Shown: positions 35,267-44,613, counted from the first letter of the stretch. The stretch: DNA of 64,000 nt from Acidimicrobiaceae bacterium UBA2093 (GCA_002331255.1 DCZD01000002.1:101077-165076); one strand, 5' to 3'. Made by a program: numbers and translations. The notes: generated by a model not told the origin, from the letters alone.

Positions 35267-36744
35267 TCGGCTGCCTCCTTGTCTGCAAGCGGTTGAAGTT
35301 GCTTCTTGTCTACTTTGCCGAGCGAGGTCAGCGGAAGTTCGGGCACACAGACCAGCACGTCTGGGGCCTTGTAGCTGGCGAGCGATGCTCTGATGTGGTC
35401 GCGCACAGACTCCAACGTGAGAGTTCTTCCCTGACGGGCAACTGCGAAAAGCACACCGATCTCTCCGAGGCGGTCATCGACGCTTGCTCCCACGACGGCT
35501 GCTGCGGCGATGTCTGGGTGAGTTCCAAGATGATTTTCGACTTCAACGGGGTACACGTTGTAGCCACCGCGGATGTACATCTCGGTGTTGCGCCCGACGA
35601 GGTGCAAGTTGCCCTGAGTGTCAACAAAACCCAAGTCACCGGTGATGAGGAACCCATCTGATGTGAACGCTTCAAGGGTTCGTTCCTCGTCTCTCCAGTA
35701 GCCGCGCATCATCGCTCGACTACGCAGTTGCACGACACCCACCTCATCCTCGGCACACGTGTGCCCGTCCTCTTGGACGAGGCGTAGCTCGACAGTCGCA
35801 CTCGGCTTACCGACAGTGCTGCAAATGGTGTCGATGTCGTCGTTGATACTCGTTCCTGTCGACACGCATGCTTCGGTGCTGGTGTAGCGAGCGAGCACAT
35901 TACAGCCGAGTTTCTCACGCATCTCGATGACCAGCTCCGGTGGAATGCGTGCTGCTCCGATGCCGGCGACCCGGAGATGGCTGACATCGGTGTCGGCGAA
36001 TCGGGGATGATCAAACATCATGCGGTACTGCGTAGGCACGCCTTGGCTGACAGTCACGCGCTCGTCGTTGATCGCCGCTAGTGCACCCTCGGCGGTCCAG
36101 GGGGACGGAACTATGACAGTGGTGATGACATGCATGAGTTCGTCCCACAACCTGGTCATCGCGCCGACATGTGCAAATGGAAGTGGTGAGAGCCGCCGAT
36201 CTCCGACATGCGAGAGATCGCCTGCACCACCAGTCATTGCCTCCAAGCAGCGATGATCGAACCACGCCCCCTTTGGGTATCCGGTTGTTCCGCCGGTCCA
36301 CACAATCGCAAGTGGGTCGTCATGTGAGAGCTGCACTCGACGACGAAACGGATCGCCACCCGAGGTCTCAGGCAATGGTCCATCAAAGATATACACCGGG
36401 TTCGAGCGATTGATTATGTGGTCGACCTCGCCTTGCCCGTAACGCGGGTTGATGCCAGTGGCGATTGCACCCGCGCGAGTAATTGCTTGGTACGCGACCA
36501 CATAGTCGATGCAGCTCGGAAGACGAATCCCGACGACGTCACCTTTCTTCACACCTTTTTCAATTAGCCATCCGGCGAGTGAATCGGCGCGAGTGGCCCA
36601 TTCAAGAAACGTCATGCGCAATGTCGAGCCGACCGATACTGGTTGGACGTACGCCTCAATTTCCGGTGCGACTTTCAGCACCTCGTCGAAGAGGTCGAGC
36701 AAGTTCTCGAAATCACCACGAATGGGAGAAGAAGGAACGGGCAT
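35254..36744 (-). CDS. AMP-forming acyl-CoA synthetase
   Basis: 496 aa with WTGGTTGYPKGA and FLITGDLGFVDTQGNLHLVGRNTE. It overlaps the next ligase gene by 13 nt. Confidence 0.9.
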   Translation of the reverse strand: MPVPSSPIRGDFENLLDLFDEVLKVAPEIEAYVQPVSVGSTLRMTFLEWATRADSLAGWLIEKGVKKGDVVGIRLPSCIDYVVAYQAITRAGAIATGINPRYGQGEVDHIINRSNPVYIFDGPLPETSGGDPFRRRVQLSHDDPLAIVWTGGTTGYPKGAWFDHRCLEAMTGGAGDLSHVGDRRLSPLPFAHVGAMTRLWDELMHVITTVIVPSPWTAEGALAAINDERVTVSQGVPTQYRMMFDHPRFADTDVSHLRVAGIGAARIPPELVIEMREKLGCNVLARYTSTEACVSTGTSINDDIDTICSTVGKPSATVELRLVQEDGHTCAEDEVGVVQLRSRAMMRGYWRDEERTLEAFTSDGFLITGDLGFVDTQGNLHLVGRNTEMYIRGGYNVYPVEVENHLGTHPDIAAAAVVGASVDDRLGEIGVLFAVARQGRTLTLESVRDHIRASLASYKAPDVLVCVPELPLTSLGKVDKKQLQPLADKEAAEWQR

Positions 36745-36786
36745 GAGTTGAATCTGAAATTGTCAGGTGTGTTCGAGATGCGACGT

Positions 36787-37890
36787 CTAGAACGACAAGA
36801 CACCGCGTGCGACGGCACCGGTTTCCATTTCGTGGATCGAGTCTTGCCACTTGTCGATCGGTCGTACAGCCGTGACGAGTTCGTCGAGCAGGACTTGTCC
36901 TGTGCGGTACAAGTTCATGATGTAGGGGAAGTCGCGATGCGGCGACGAGCTGCCATATCGACAACCAATGATGCCGCGGTCCACTTGCGTGAGTCGGCCG
37001 TACAGGCCCTTGAACTCGGCGGTCTGCGAGGCGACGCCGATGACGACGACGTTGCCTTCCCACTCGAGTGACTCGAGTGCGTTCCACGTGACGGTCGGGT
37101 GGGCGACACAGTCGAATGCCCAGTTGACGCCACCGGCATTGAACGGTCCACGAACCGCAGATTCGCTGGCTGGGCAGATCTGGGTAATAGCGTCGACGAT
37201 GTCTTCGCGCTTGCCGTCTAGAAAGTGCGTGGCACCAAACTTGCGAGCAAGCGCCTCTTTCTCTGGAACAGTGTCGATGGCGATGATTTTTTCTGCGCCT
37301 TGCACTTTCAATGCCTGGATGACGTTCAGCCCGACTCCACCGACTCCGAACACAGCTGCGCTTTGACCACGCTTCACGTTCGCACGGTTGAACACCGCAC
37401 CCATTCCGGTGATCACGCCGCAACCGACGATTGCTGCAGACGACAACGGCACGTCGTCGGGAAGCTTGACGCATTGGATGTCGCGAATAACTGTTTGTTC
37501 CACGAATGTCGATACGCCTGCGAAGTTCCAGATGGGGTCACCGTCAAATGTGAATGGTTGAGTGGCATTACCGAGGGTGGCGCGGCATGCGGTCGGACGG
37601 CCAGATGCACAAGGTGGACACATGCCACATGCCGACAAAGTCGCTATCGCAATGTGATCGCCGGGCTTCACGTGGGTGACAGCATCACCGACGCGCTCGA
37701 CGATGCCCGCCCCTTCATGTCCGCACACACCTGGCGACGGCACGGGGTAGAGCCCGTTCATGTAGCTCACATCGCTGTGGCACAAGCCTGCTGCCGCGAT
37801 TCGTACGACGACATCTCGTGGCCCCGGTTCACGAAGCTTGATTCCGTCGACGAGTTCAGTCGATGTTCCGTTGTAGATGATCCCCCGCAT
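36787..37890 (-). CDS. zinc-dependent alcohol dehydrogenase (MDR family)
   Basis: Trimmed to ATG 37890 (MRGIIYNGTS...). Motifs GLCHSD, GHEGAGIVERVG and CGMCPPCASG. Confidence 0.85.
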   Translation of the reverse strand: MRGIIYNGTSTELVDGIKLREPGPRDVVVRIAAAGLCHSDVSYMNGLYPVPSPGVCGHEGAGIVERVGDAVTHVKPGDHIAIATLSACGMCPPCASGRPTACRATLGNATQPFTFDGDPIWNFAGVSTFVEQTVIRDIQCVKLPDDVPLSSAAIVGCGVITGMGAVFNRANVKRGQSAAVFGVGGVGLNVIQALKVQGAEKIIAIDTVPEKEALARKFGATHFLDGKREDIVDAITQICPASESAVRGPFNAGGVNWAFDCVAHPTVTWNALESLEWEGNVVVIGVASQTAEFKGLYGRLTQVDRGIIGCRYGSSSPHRDFPYIMNLYRTGQVLLDELVTAVRPIDKWQDSIHEMETGAVARGVLSF

Positions 37891-37954
37891 GAAGGGAAGG
37901 TTAGTCGTGTCTCCTACTTCGGCTGTAGGGGAACGGCGAGCGATGACGCGGTGG

Positions 37955-39544
37955 TTATTGCGAAAACTTCGCAGCCAGGTCGCGTAATTCGAACTTCGTG
38001 ACCTTTCCGTTCGGATTGGTCGGAAGTACGTCAAGCACGACCACCCTTCGCGGCACCTTGTAGTTCGCCATTCGGTCACGACTCCAGGCCACAACTTCCT
38101 CGGGGTCGATGGTCGAGCCGGGTCGTGCGGTCACAAAAGCCCAACCGACCTCACCTTGGCGCTCGTCTGGCACACCAATGACCGCAACCTGGGCGACATC
38201 GGGATGACCCAACAGGTAGTTCTCGATCTCGGCGGGATAGGCGTTAAAACCGCCGACGATGAACAGATCTTTCTTGCGATCGGTGATGTTGATGTACCCA
38301 CGGTCGTTCATAGTGCCAATGTCGCCAGTGTGCAGCCAGCCGTCGTCGGTGATTGCCTCAGCCGTGGCGGCCTCGTCTTCGAAATAGCCCTGCATGACGT
38401 TGTATCCACGGCACACGATCTCGCCAGCCTCGCCGCGCGGTACTTCATTGAAATCGTCGTCGACGATCTTTACTTCGACGTCCACGAGTGCTCGACCACT
38501 AGTGAGCGAGATTGTCTCGTAGTCATCTTCGGGGCGACACATGCTGATAGTGCCGCACGATTCAGTGAGTCCGTATGCGGTGATGATGGTCTTGAAGGTC
38601 AGTTCTTCGCGCATGCGACGCAACATCTCAACCGGCACGGCGGCAGCACCAGTGACCGCGAGACGCAGACTTGAGAGGTCGAAATTGTCGCGCTCGGGGT
38701 GGTTGAGGATTGAGAGGAACAACGTCGGTGGTCCAGGAAGCATCGACACTTTCTCGGTCGAGATGCGCCGCAGAGCGGTCGGCACGTCGAACACCACTTC
38801 GGGAATGATGGTCGCACCTCGGATGAGGCAACCAAGGATGCCACCTTTGTATCCGAAGGTGTGGAAGAACGGATTGACGATGAGGAATCGATCGCCACGG
38901 ATGACGCCGACCGTCTGCGACCAGTCGTCGAACACGCGGATGTTCTGCGCGTGGTTTGTCATCACGCCCTTCGGACGACCAGTGGTGCCGCTCGTGAAGA
39001 AGATGTCAGAGAGATCATTGGGCGACAGTGAGTCGATGCGTGCGTCGACTTCTGAGTCAGCGACGTTCTTTCCAAGGTCGAGGAATTGTTGCCAGTCGAT
39101 GGTTCCTTCGGGTGCGTCGCCACGCATGACGACGACGCGCTCAACAGACGGTGTCGGAGTCTCAGCTGCACGCAACCATGTGACGTAGTCATTGCCGAGA
39201 AAACCGTTCACGCACAGCAACATTCGTGCACGGCTTCGGGACAAAATGTACGCGGCCTCTTCTCCCTTGAACCTGGTGTTCAGCGGTACGAGAACTCCGC
39301 CCACGGTGATGGCACCGAGGGCTGCGATGACCCACTCCCAAATGTTTGGAGCCCAAATCGAAATTCGGTCACCTTTTTGAATGCCGCACGCAATGTAGGA
39401 ACGCGCAGCTTCACGGACAGCGTCGTTTAGCTCAGGGTAAGTGAGTCGCTTTTCGTTATCTACGACAGCTTCAAGGTCGGCGAAACGTATGGCGTTTTGT
39501 CGTACGAGGTTGGCGATGGTGCCAAACTCGAGATCAGCACGCAT
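37955..39544 (-). CDS. AMP-forming acyl-CoA synthetase
   Basis: 529 aa with FTSGTTGRPKGV, TAYGLTES and WLHTGDIGTMNDRGYINITDRKKD. Confidence 0.9.
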   Translation of the reverse strand: MRADLEFGTIANLVRQNAIRFADLEAVVDNEKRLTYPELNDAVREAARSYIACGIQKGDRISIWAPNIWEWVIAALGAITVGGVLVPLNTRFKGEEAAYILSRSRARMLLCVNGFLGNDYVTWLRAAETPTPSVERVVVMRGDAPEGTIDWQQFLDLGKNVADSEVDARIDSLSPNDLSDIFFTSGTTGRPKGVMTNHAQNIRVFDDWSQTVGVIRGDRFLIVNPFFHTFGYKGGILGCLIRGATIIPEVVFDVPTALRRISTEKVSMLPGPPTLFLSILNHPERDNFDLSSLRLAVTGAAAVPVEMLRRMREELTFKTIITAYGLTESCGTISMCRPEDDYETISLTSGRALVDVEVKIVDDDFNEVPRGEAGEIVCRGYNVMQGYFEDEAATAEAITDDGWLHTGDIGTMNDRGYINITDRKKDLFIVGGFNAYPAEIENYLLGHPDVAQVAVIGVPDERQGEVGWAFVTARPGSTIDPEEVVAWSRDRMANYKVPRRVVVLDVLPTNPNGKVTKFELRDLAAKFSQ

Positions 39545-40797
39545 CAGGAGAGATGCGTGATACCGAGCATCTTGATGGCGTTGCCGCGCAGCACCTTGTA
39601 GACGATGTCATCGGGAAGATCGGCAGTTTGTTCTTCGGCGATCTTTGCCGTGTGTGGCCATGTGCTGTCGGAGTGTGGATAATCACTCTCGTAGGTTACG
39701 TTGTCGACCCCGATTGATTCGATGTTCTTCAAACCGAAGGCGTCATCGAAGAAGCAGCCGTAGATGTGGCGACGGAATAGCTCGGCCGGTGGCTCGAGCA
39801 CCTTGTCGGCGACGCCACCCCAACCACGATTCTCGCGCCACACCGTGTCGGCACGCTCAAGGATGTATGGGATCCAACCAATCTGGCCCTCGCTGTAGGC
39901 GATCTTCAGGTTCTTGAACTGGTTGAACTTGCCGCTCATCAGCCAGTCGACCATCGAGAAACAGCAGTTCGCGAATGTGAGCACTGAGCCGACAGCTGCA
40001 GGCGCATCGGCCGATGTCGATGGCATCTTCGAGCCTGAACCGATGTGCATGTTGATGACAGTTCCGGTCTCGTTGCACGCATCGAGAAATGGGTCCCAGT
40101 ATCCGTCGGCATCGTGGATGCTCGGCAGGCCGAGGTTTGGTGGAATCTCAGAGAAGCACACGGCTCGACATCCGCGCGCCGCGTTGCGACGAATCTCTGC
40201 AGCAGCAGCCACGGGATCCCACAACGGGACAATGGTGAGCGGAATGAGACGTCCACCTGATGACGCACACCAATCATCGATCATCCAATCGTTGTATGCC
40301 TTCACACACTCGAGCGCGAGAGCTTTGTCGTGTGCCTCGAAGAACGTCTGACCACAGAAGCGCGGGAATGTGGGGAAGCACAGCGATGCTTCGATGCCAG
40401 AGATGTCCATGTCGGCAAGACGATCCTTCACAAGGAACGAACCAGGACGCATCTCTTCGTATGTGATGCCCGTCAACGTGACTTGATCGCGATCGAACCC
40501 GACTGCGGTGTCGAGGCGAGTGAGTGGGCGACGAAGATCTTCGTAGAACCACCAATCGACTGGTTCACCAGGGTCACCAGGGTCACCAGGAATTGCAGTG
40601 AACTTGCCGCCGATGAAGGTCATCTCCTTGACGGGCGCCCGCACGATGCGAGGTGCCTCGGAGAGAAACTTCTTGGACACACGATCGGTCCAGACGGTCG
40701 GTGGCTCGATGACGTGGTCATCGACAGAGATGATCTTTGGAAGCTCGCGCATGTTCGGCACTGTATCACTGGTTTCTGACGGTCCGTCAGAATCCAT
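39544..40797 (-). CDS. PF04909-type amidohydrolase (paralogue of 24017..25270)
   Basis: IISVDDHVIEPP, CFPTFPRFCGQTF and SDYPHSDSTWP. The start is ambiguous. ATG 40797 makes the first codons (MDSDGPSE) read through palindrome copy D. ATG 40752 (MRELPKIISVDDH) places that palindrome 23 nt upstream. Confidence 0.88.
   Translation of the reverse strand: MDSDGPSETSDTVPNMRELPKIISVDDHVIEPPTVWTDRVSKKFLSEAPRIVRAPVKEMTFIGGKFTAIPGDPGDPGEPVDWWFYEDLRRPLTRLDTAVGFDRDQVTLTGITYEEMRPGSFLVKDRLADMDISGIEASLCFPTFPRFCGQTFFEAHDKALALECVKAYNDWMIDDWCASSGGRLIPLTIVPLWDPVAAAAEIRRNAARGCRAVCFSEIPPNLGLPSIHDADGYWDPFLDACNETGTVINMHIGSGSKMPSTSADAPAAVGSVLTFANCCFSMVDWLMSGKFNQFKNLKIAYSEGQIGWIPYILERADTVWRENRGWGGVADKVLEPPAELFRRHIYGCFFDDAFGLKNIESIGVDNVTYESDYPHSDSTWPHTAKIAEEQTADLPDDIVYKVLRGNAIKMLGITHLS
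40565..40590. repeat. in-frame 9-bp tandem repeat (TCACCAGGG x ~2.9)
   Basis: Read directly from the sequence: ttcaccagggtcaccagggtcaccagg. On the coding (minus) strand it encodes PGDPGDPGEP inside the amidohydrolase. The paralogue at 24017 has no such segment. Confidence 0.85.
40775..40791. promoter_or_regulatory. palindromic operator candidate TCTGACGGTCCGTCAGA (copy D)
   Basis: Perfect arms. It sits at the head of the minus-strand operon 40797->32191 and 164 nt upstream of the divergent ATG 40955. Confidence 0.55.
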
Positions 40798-40954
40798 CTC
40801 CCAATAGGCCCAGAGAAGATTTTGGAACCCCCAGGGCGGTCGGGATGCCGTCGGAGACGGGCCTCGCCTTTTGGCTCATCTCCCGGCATCAGGGAAGATG
40901 GGAGAGCGCTCGGGTAGCCGATGCGAGTGCTCTTGAGGGCAATAGGGGGAACCA

Positions 40955-41749
40955 ATGACAGGTGGACATCGCTACGAGTCAGTGTCGTACGAGGTTGAAG
41001 GGGCAGTTGCCGTCGTCACCTTGAACCGGCCCGAGGCACACAACTCGATCACGGAAACGGTCGTCACCGAGATCGGTGACATCTGGGCGCGGTTACGTAT
41101 GGACGATTCAGTGCGCGCCATTGTTCTCACAGCTGCGGGGGAGAAAGCGTTCTGCACGGGCATCGACAGGTCATGGTCGCCACCGCAGCCGAACAGTCAA
41201 GTTGCGATCAATGATCCACTAATGAAGCTTGGTCCGAAAACCGCCGACTTATGGAAACCAGTTGTCGCGGCCGTCAACGGTATGGCGTGTGGTGGTGCTT
41301 TCTATTTTCTCGGAGAGAGCGACACCATCGTCGCTGCTGATCACGCGACATTCTTCGACCCACACACGACGTACGGGCTTGCCGCTTGTTTCGAGCCAAT
41401 CTTGTTGTACGGACAGATGCCATTCGGTGAGTTGTGCCGCATCGCATTGATGGGCAATTACGAACGCATGTCAGCGCAGCGAGCACACCAGATTGGTTTT
41501 GTTCAGGACGTCGTGCCCGCAGAATCATTGCTCGACACCGCAATGCGCATCGCAAGTGATCTCGCATCCATGCCTGCCGCTGCGGTGCAGGCGACCCTGA
41601 GAGCCCTGTGGGTGGCGCGCGAAATGGGCCGTGCCCAGGCAGTTTCCATGGCTCCGCATCTCGTAAGTCTCGGCAACCAGCCAGATGCAATCGAAGAGGG
41701 ACTACAGATGTTCCGTAGCGGCAAGCGCATCGAGTGGCGGGCCCGCTGA
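40955..41749 (+). CDS. crotonase-fold protein lacking both canonical hydratase glutamates
   Basis: 264 aa with AGGGGGA RBS. Motifs VVTLNRPEAHNS and AAVNGMACGGAFYFLGESD...FFDPHTTYG. Aligned by eye to GGGCE...GQPE of classical hydratases, the two Glu positions read Tyr and His. Confidence 0.8.
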   Translation: MTGGHRYESVSYEVEGAVAVVTLNRPEAHNSITETVVTEIGDIWARLRMDDSVRAIVLTAAGEKAFCTGIDRSWSPPQPNSQVAINDPLMKLGPKTADLWKPVVAAVNGMACGGAFYFLGESDTIVAADHATFFDPHTTYGLAACFEPILLYGQMPFGELCRIALMGNYERMSAQRAHQIGFVQDVVPAESLLDTAMRIASDLASMPAAAVQATLRALWVAREMGRAQAVSMAPHLVSLGNQPDAIEEGLQMFRSGKRIEWRAR

Positions 41750-41750
41750 C

Positions 41751-42530
41751 ATGGTGCTTGCAGCAGACGCATTCAGACTCGACGGCAAGTTTGCCATCGT
41801 GACAGGCGCCGCCAAAGGTCTTGGCGAAGCCATCGCGCTCGCCTTTGCGAACTACGGAGCCGACCTTGCGATTTGTGACCGTGATGAAGAGAACATGGAG
41901 CGAGTCGCCACAGAGATCCGGGCGATGGGTCGCACGTGCATTACCTCGGTATTAGATGTCCGCGACACTGCAGAGGTTGACAAGTGGGTCAGTTCATTGC
42001 CGGACATCGACATCCTTGTCAACAATGCAGGCGGCACTTTCTACGCATGGTTCATGGATGTGAATGACAAGGGCCAACGGTCCGTCATCGATGAGAACTT
42101 CACGAGCGTCACTAATTTCGTGCGTTCGTGCGTGCCGAAGATGCCGCGCGGTGGATCAGTCATCAACATCACATCAGTCGAGGCCTACAAGGCATCGCCT
42201 GGCTTTGGCGTGTACGGGGCCATGAAGGCCGCGGTCGAACATCTCAGCCGAACATTGGCGCTCGAACTCTCTGACAAGAAAATTCGGGTGAACACGATTG
42301 CACCAGACGGCATGCACACTCCGGGTGATGCCAACTTGTTGGTGGGAGACCACGACTACGGGGCGACTCTCGCACTCGGTTGGGGAGAGCCAGACGACGC
42401 CGCCGGCTCGGCGATCTTCCTCGCATCATCAGCATCGGCGTATCTCACCGGCACGACCTTGCAAACGAATGGTGGAAGTGACGCTGCACGTGGTTGGAAG
42501 AAAACGCAAGAGGGCAACTGGATTCCATGA
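41751..42530 (+). CDS. classical short-chain dehydrogenase/reductase
   Basis: Trimmed to ATG 41751, 1 nt after the upstream TGA. Motifs AIVTGAAKGLGEAIALAF, NNAGG and YGAMKAAV. Confidence 0.85.
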   Translation: MVLAADAFRLDGKFAIVTGAAKGLGEAIALAFANYGADLAICDRDEENMERVATEIRAMGRTCITSVLDVRDTAEVDKWVSSLPDIDILVNNAGGTFYAWFMDVNDKGQRSVIDENFTSVTNFVRSCVPKMPRGGSVINITSVEAYKASPGFGVYGAMKAAVEHLSRTLALELSDKKIRVNTIAPDGMHTPGDANLLVGDHDYGATLALGWGEPDDAAGSAIFLASSASAYLTGTTLQTNGGSDAARGWKKTQEGNWIP

Positions 42531-42533
42531 CCG

Positions 42534-42686
42534 ATGCGGCCCGCATCGTCATTCGGCAAGGGGTTGCGTCTCATCGGCCCATCTCGTGCGGTACAGATGA
42601 TTCTCGCCGGTGAATTTGTCGTCGACGCTGCGTTCGAGGACGAAAACATGCGTGCGCGCACATGGGTGCAACGAAGGTCCGGGTGA
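42534..42686 (+). pseudogene. possible enoyl-CoA hydratase gene remnant (50 codons)
   Basis: A sub-threshold ORF in the 158-nt gap between the SDR and LLM genes: MRPASSFGKGLRLIGPSRAVQMILAGEFVVDAAFEDENMRARTWVQRRSG. The block LRLIGPSRAVQMILAGE..VDAA resembles the crotonase helix (G..RL.RLvG...A.emlLtG..i.a.eA). It is too short to be functional. Confidence 0.35.
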
Positions 42687-42688
42687 GT

Positions 42689-43729
42689 ATGACGACATTC
42701 AAGGTGTACGCCGGAATGGATCCCCGACTGCCCATTTCGGCGGTGGGTGAACATGCGCGACGTGTCGAGGCGCTCGGTTACGACGGACTGCACATCGCTG
42801 AAACCGTGCACGACCCATTTCTCGTGTCGATGGCCGCACTTCAGGCCACGAAGAACCTGGTCGTGCGGACATCGGTCGCGCTTGCACTCGTGCGCAGTCC
42901 GATGGCGGTGGCGTACACCGCATGGGATCTTGCTGCACTCTCCGGAGGTCGCTTCCAGCTCGGACTCGGCACACAGATTCGCCAACACATCGAGCGTCGA
43001 TTCGGTATGCCCTTCGATAATCCGGTTGGCCGATTGCGGGAGCACATAGGTGCGGTGAAGGCGTGCTGGCGTGCATTCGACGGCATCGAGAAGTTGAACT
43101 TTGAGAGCGAGCACTACTCGTTGACGTTGTTGACCCCGAACTTCACCCCTGACCCTTTGCCCGAAGGTATCGCACGCCCATCGATCTGGATGGGCGGTGT
43201 GAATTCATCTCTTCTGCGAGCTGCAGGTGAACTCGCAGAAGGGTTTGTCACACACCCCACGAACAGTCACCCGCGATATCTAGCGGAGGTGTGTCGCCCA
43301 GGTCTTGAATCAGGTGCACATTCAGTTCGTCGTGCACTGAATGACATCGAGATAGTCACCGGTACGCAGTGGATACTCGAAGGTGATGTCGAGGCTCTTG
43401 CGGGAAGACGCGAGCACAATCGGCAACTACTTGCGTTCCTGTATTCCACGCCTGCATATGAACGCACACTTGAATTGTTTGGTTGGAAAGATCTAGCAGG
43501 CGTCTTGCGGTCGATCATCCGAGAGAACAAGTGGGACGACCTTCGAAATCACATCAGTGACGACGTCTTGGACACGTTGGTGCCGCAGGCCACATATGAC
43601 GAGTTGCCGCAGGTGGCACGGCAGTGGTTCAGTGGTTTGTGCGACGGACTACTGATTGCCCCACCGCCTGACCAGAAGTACGACGCACTTCTTGCACCGG
43701 CAATCGCCGAATTGCAAGGTCGGTGTTAG
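42689..43729 (+). CDS. LLM-class flavin/F420-dependent oxidoreductase
   Basis: The start is probably ATG 42689 (MTTFKVYAGMD...); the track start is 42662. Motifs FQLGLGTQIRQHIERRFG and IWMGGVNSSLLRAAGELAEGF. Confidence 0.85.
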   Translation: MTTFKVYAGMDPRLPISAVGEHARRVEALGYDGLHIAETVHDPFLVSMAALQATKNLVVRTSVALALVRSPMAVAYTAWDLAALSGGRFQLGLGTQIRQHIERRFGMPFDNPVGRLREHIGAVKACWRAFDGIEKLNFESEHYSLTLLTPNFTPDPLPEGIARPSIWMGGVNSSLLRAAGELAEGFVTHPTNSHPRYLAEVCRPGLESGAHSVRRALNDIEIVTGTQWILEGDVEALAGRREHNRQLLAFLYSTPAYERTLELFGWKDLAGVLRSIIRENKWDDLRNHISDDVLDTLVPQATYDELPQVARQWFSGLCDGLLIAPPPDQKYDALLAPAIAELQGRC

Positions 43730-43779
43730 TTCAAAGGGTTGTGACACCACGCGCGTGACGTCTCCAGACATGGTCGAAC

Positions 43780-44613
43780 TCACAAGTTGAAAGTAGTCAC
43801 CACGTCGCGAGCGACGACTTCTTTGCCGGCGAGTGCAACGGCATCTGGTGAACCGGCGACAATCCATGCTGCAGCTTTTGCCGGAATCTCTGCTGATTGA
43901 CCCGTCGGCTCGACTCCCATGCGTTTAGCGCGCTCGCGCATCGCATCAGTTGTGACATGACCTGGGTTCAAGTTGTATGCACGCACGCCACGATCGGCGT
44001 ATTCGGCGTTCAACACTCCAGCGATTCGGTGAGCTGACCCCTTCGCCATCGCATAGGCGATACCCCAGCCACCTTCTCCCACCGGTGCACGTGGCACGAG
44101 AGTTGCGGTACCCGACGTGACATTGATGAAGAGGCCCCGTCCTGACGCGACCATGGAGGACATCAACACTTTCAGTGAGATCATCGGTCCGATCGCGTCG
44201 GCTTCGATGACTGTTCGTAAAAGACTGATCGAGAGTTCTTCGAAGCGGTCATTGATTCCCGGTCCCTGGTAGATGGCGTTCGCGACGAATGTGTCGATGT
44301 GCCCGAGCGCATCGATGGCTGTATTGGCAGCAGACTCGATTGATGCAGGGTCGGTGAGGTCCATTGCAATCGGCACGGCTCGAACTCCGAATGTTCGGCA
44401 TTTTTCGGCAACTTCGTCGACGGAACCCGGCAACACGACTCCGGCAAGGTCGTCGGTAGTGCTTGATCCACCGTAGGGAAGTCCGCCACTCACGGCTCGT
44501 GCGGTGAGGGCGACATCGTGTCCAGCGGACGCGAGGGCGAGAGCGATTTCTTTTCCGATGCCGCGGCTTGCACCTGTCACCAATACTGCGCGTGGTCGTT
44601 CATCCGTCCCCAT
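43780..44613 (-). CDS. short-chain dehydrogenase/reductase
   Basis: 277 aa with VLVTGASRGIGKEIALAL and YAMAKGS. Confidence 0.85.
   Translation of the reverse strand: MGTDERPRAVLVTGASRGIGKEIALALASAGHDVALTARAVSGGLPYGGSSTTDDLAGVVLPGSVDEVAEKCRTFGVRAVPIAMDLTDPASIESAANTAIDALGHIDTFVANAIYQGPGINDRFEELSISLLRTVIEADAIGPMISLKVLMSSMVASGRGLFINVTSGTATLVPRAPVGEGGWGIAYAMAKGSAHRIAGVLNAEYADRGVRAYNLNPGHVTTDAMRERAKRMGVEPTGQSAEIPAKAAAWIVAGSPDAVALAGKEVVARDVVTTFNL

Noticed and set aside
42533-42547. GATGCGG-C-CCGCATC palindrome directly after the SDR stop, considered as an intrinsic terminator.
   Set aside because: A 1-nt centre cannot form a stable hairpin loop and there is no downstream U-tract. It is mentioned only in connection with the crotonase relic.
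42527-42613. 28-codon ORF MTDAARIVIRQGVASHRPISCGTDDSRR whose ATG overlaps the SDR stop as ATGA.
   Set aside because: It has no motif, and it is out of frame with the more convincing crotonase-like relic in the same spacer. It is most likely chance.
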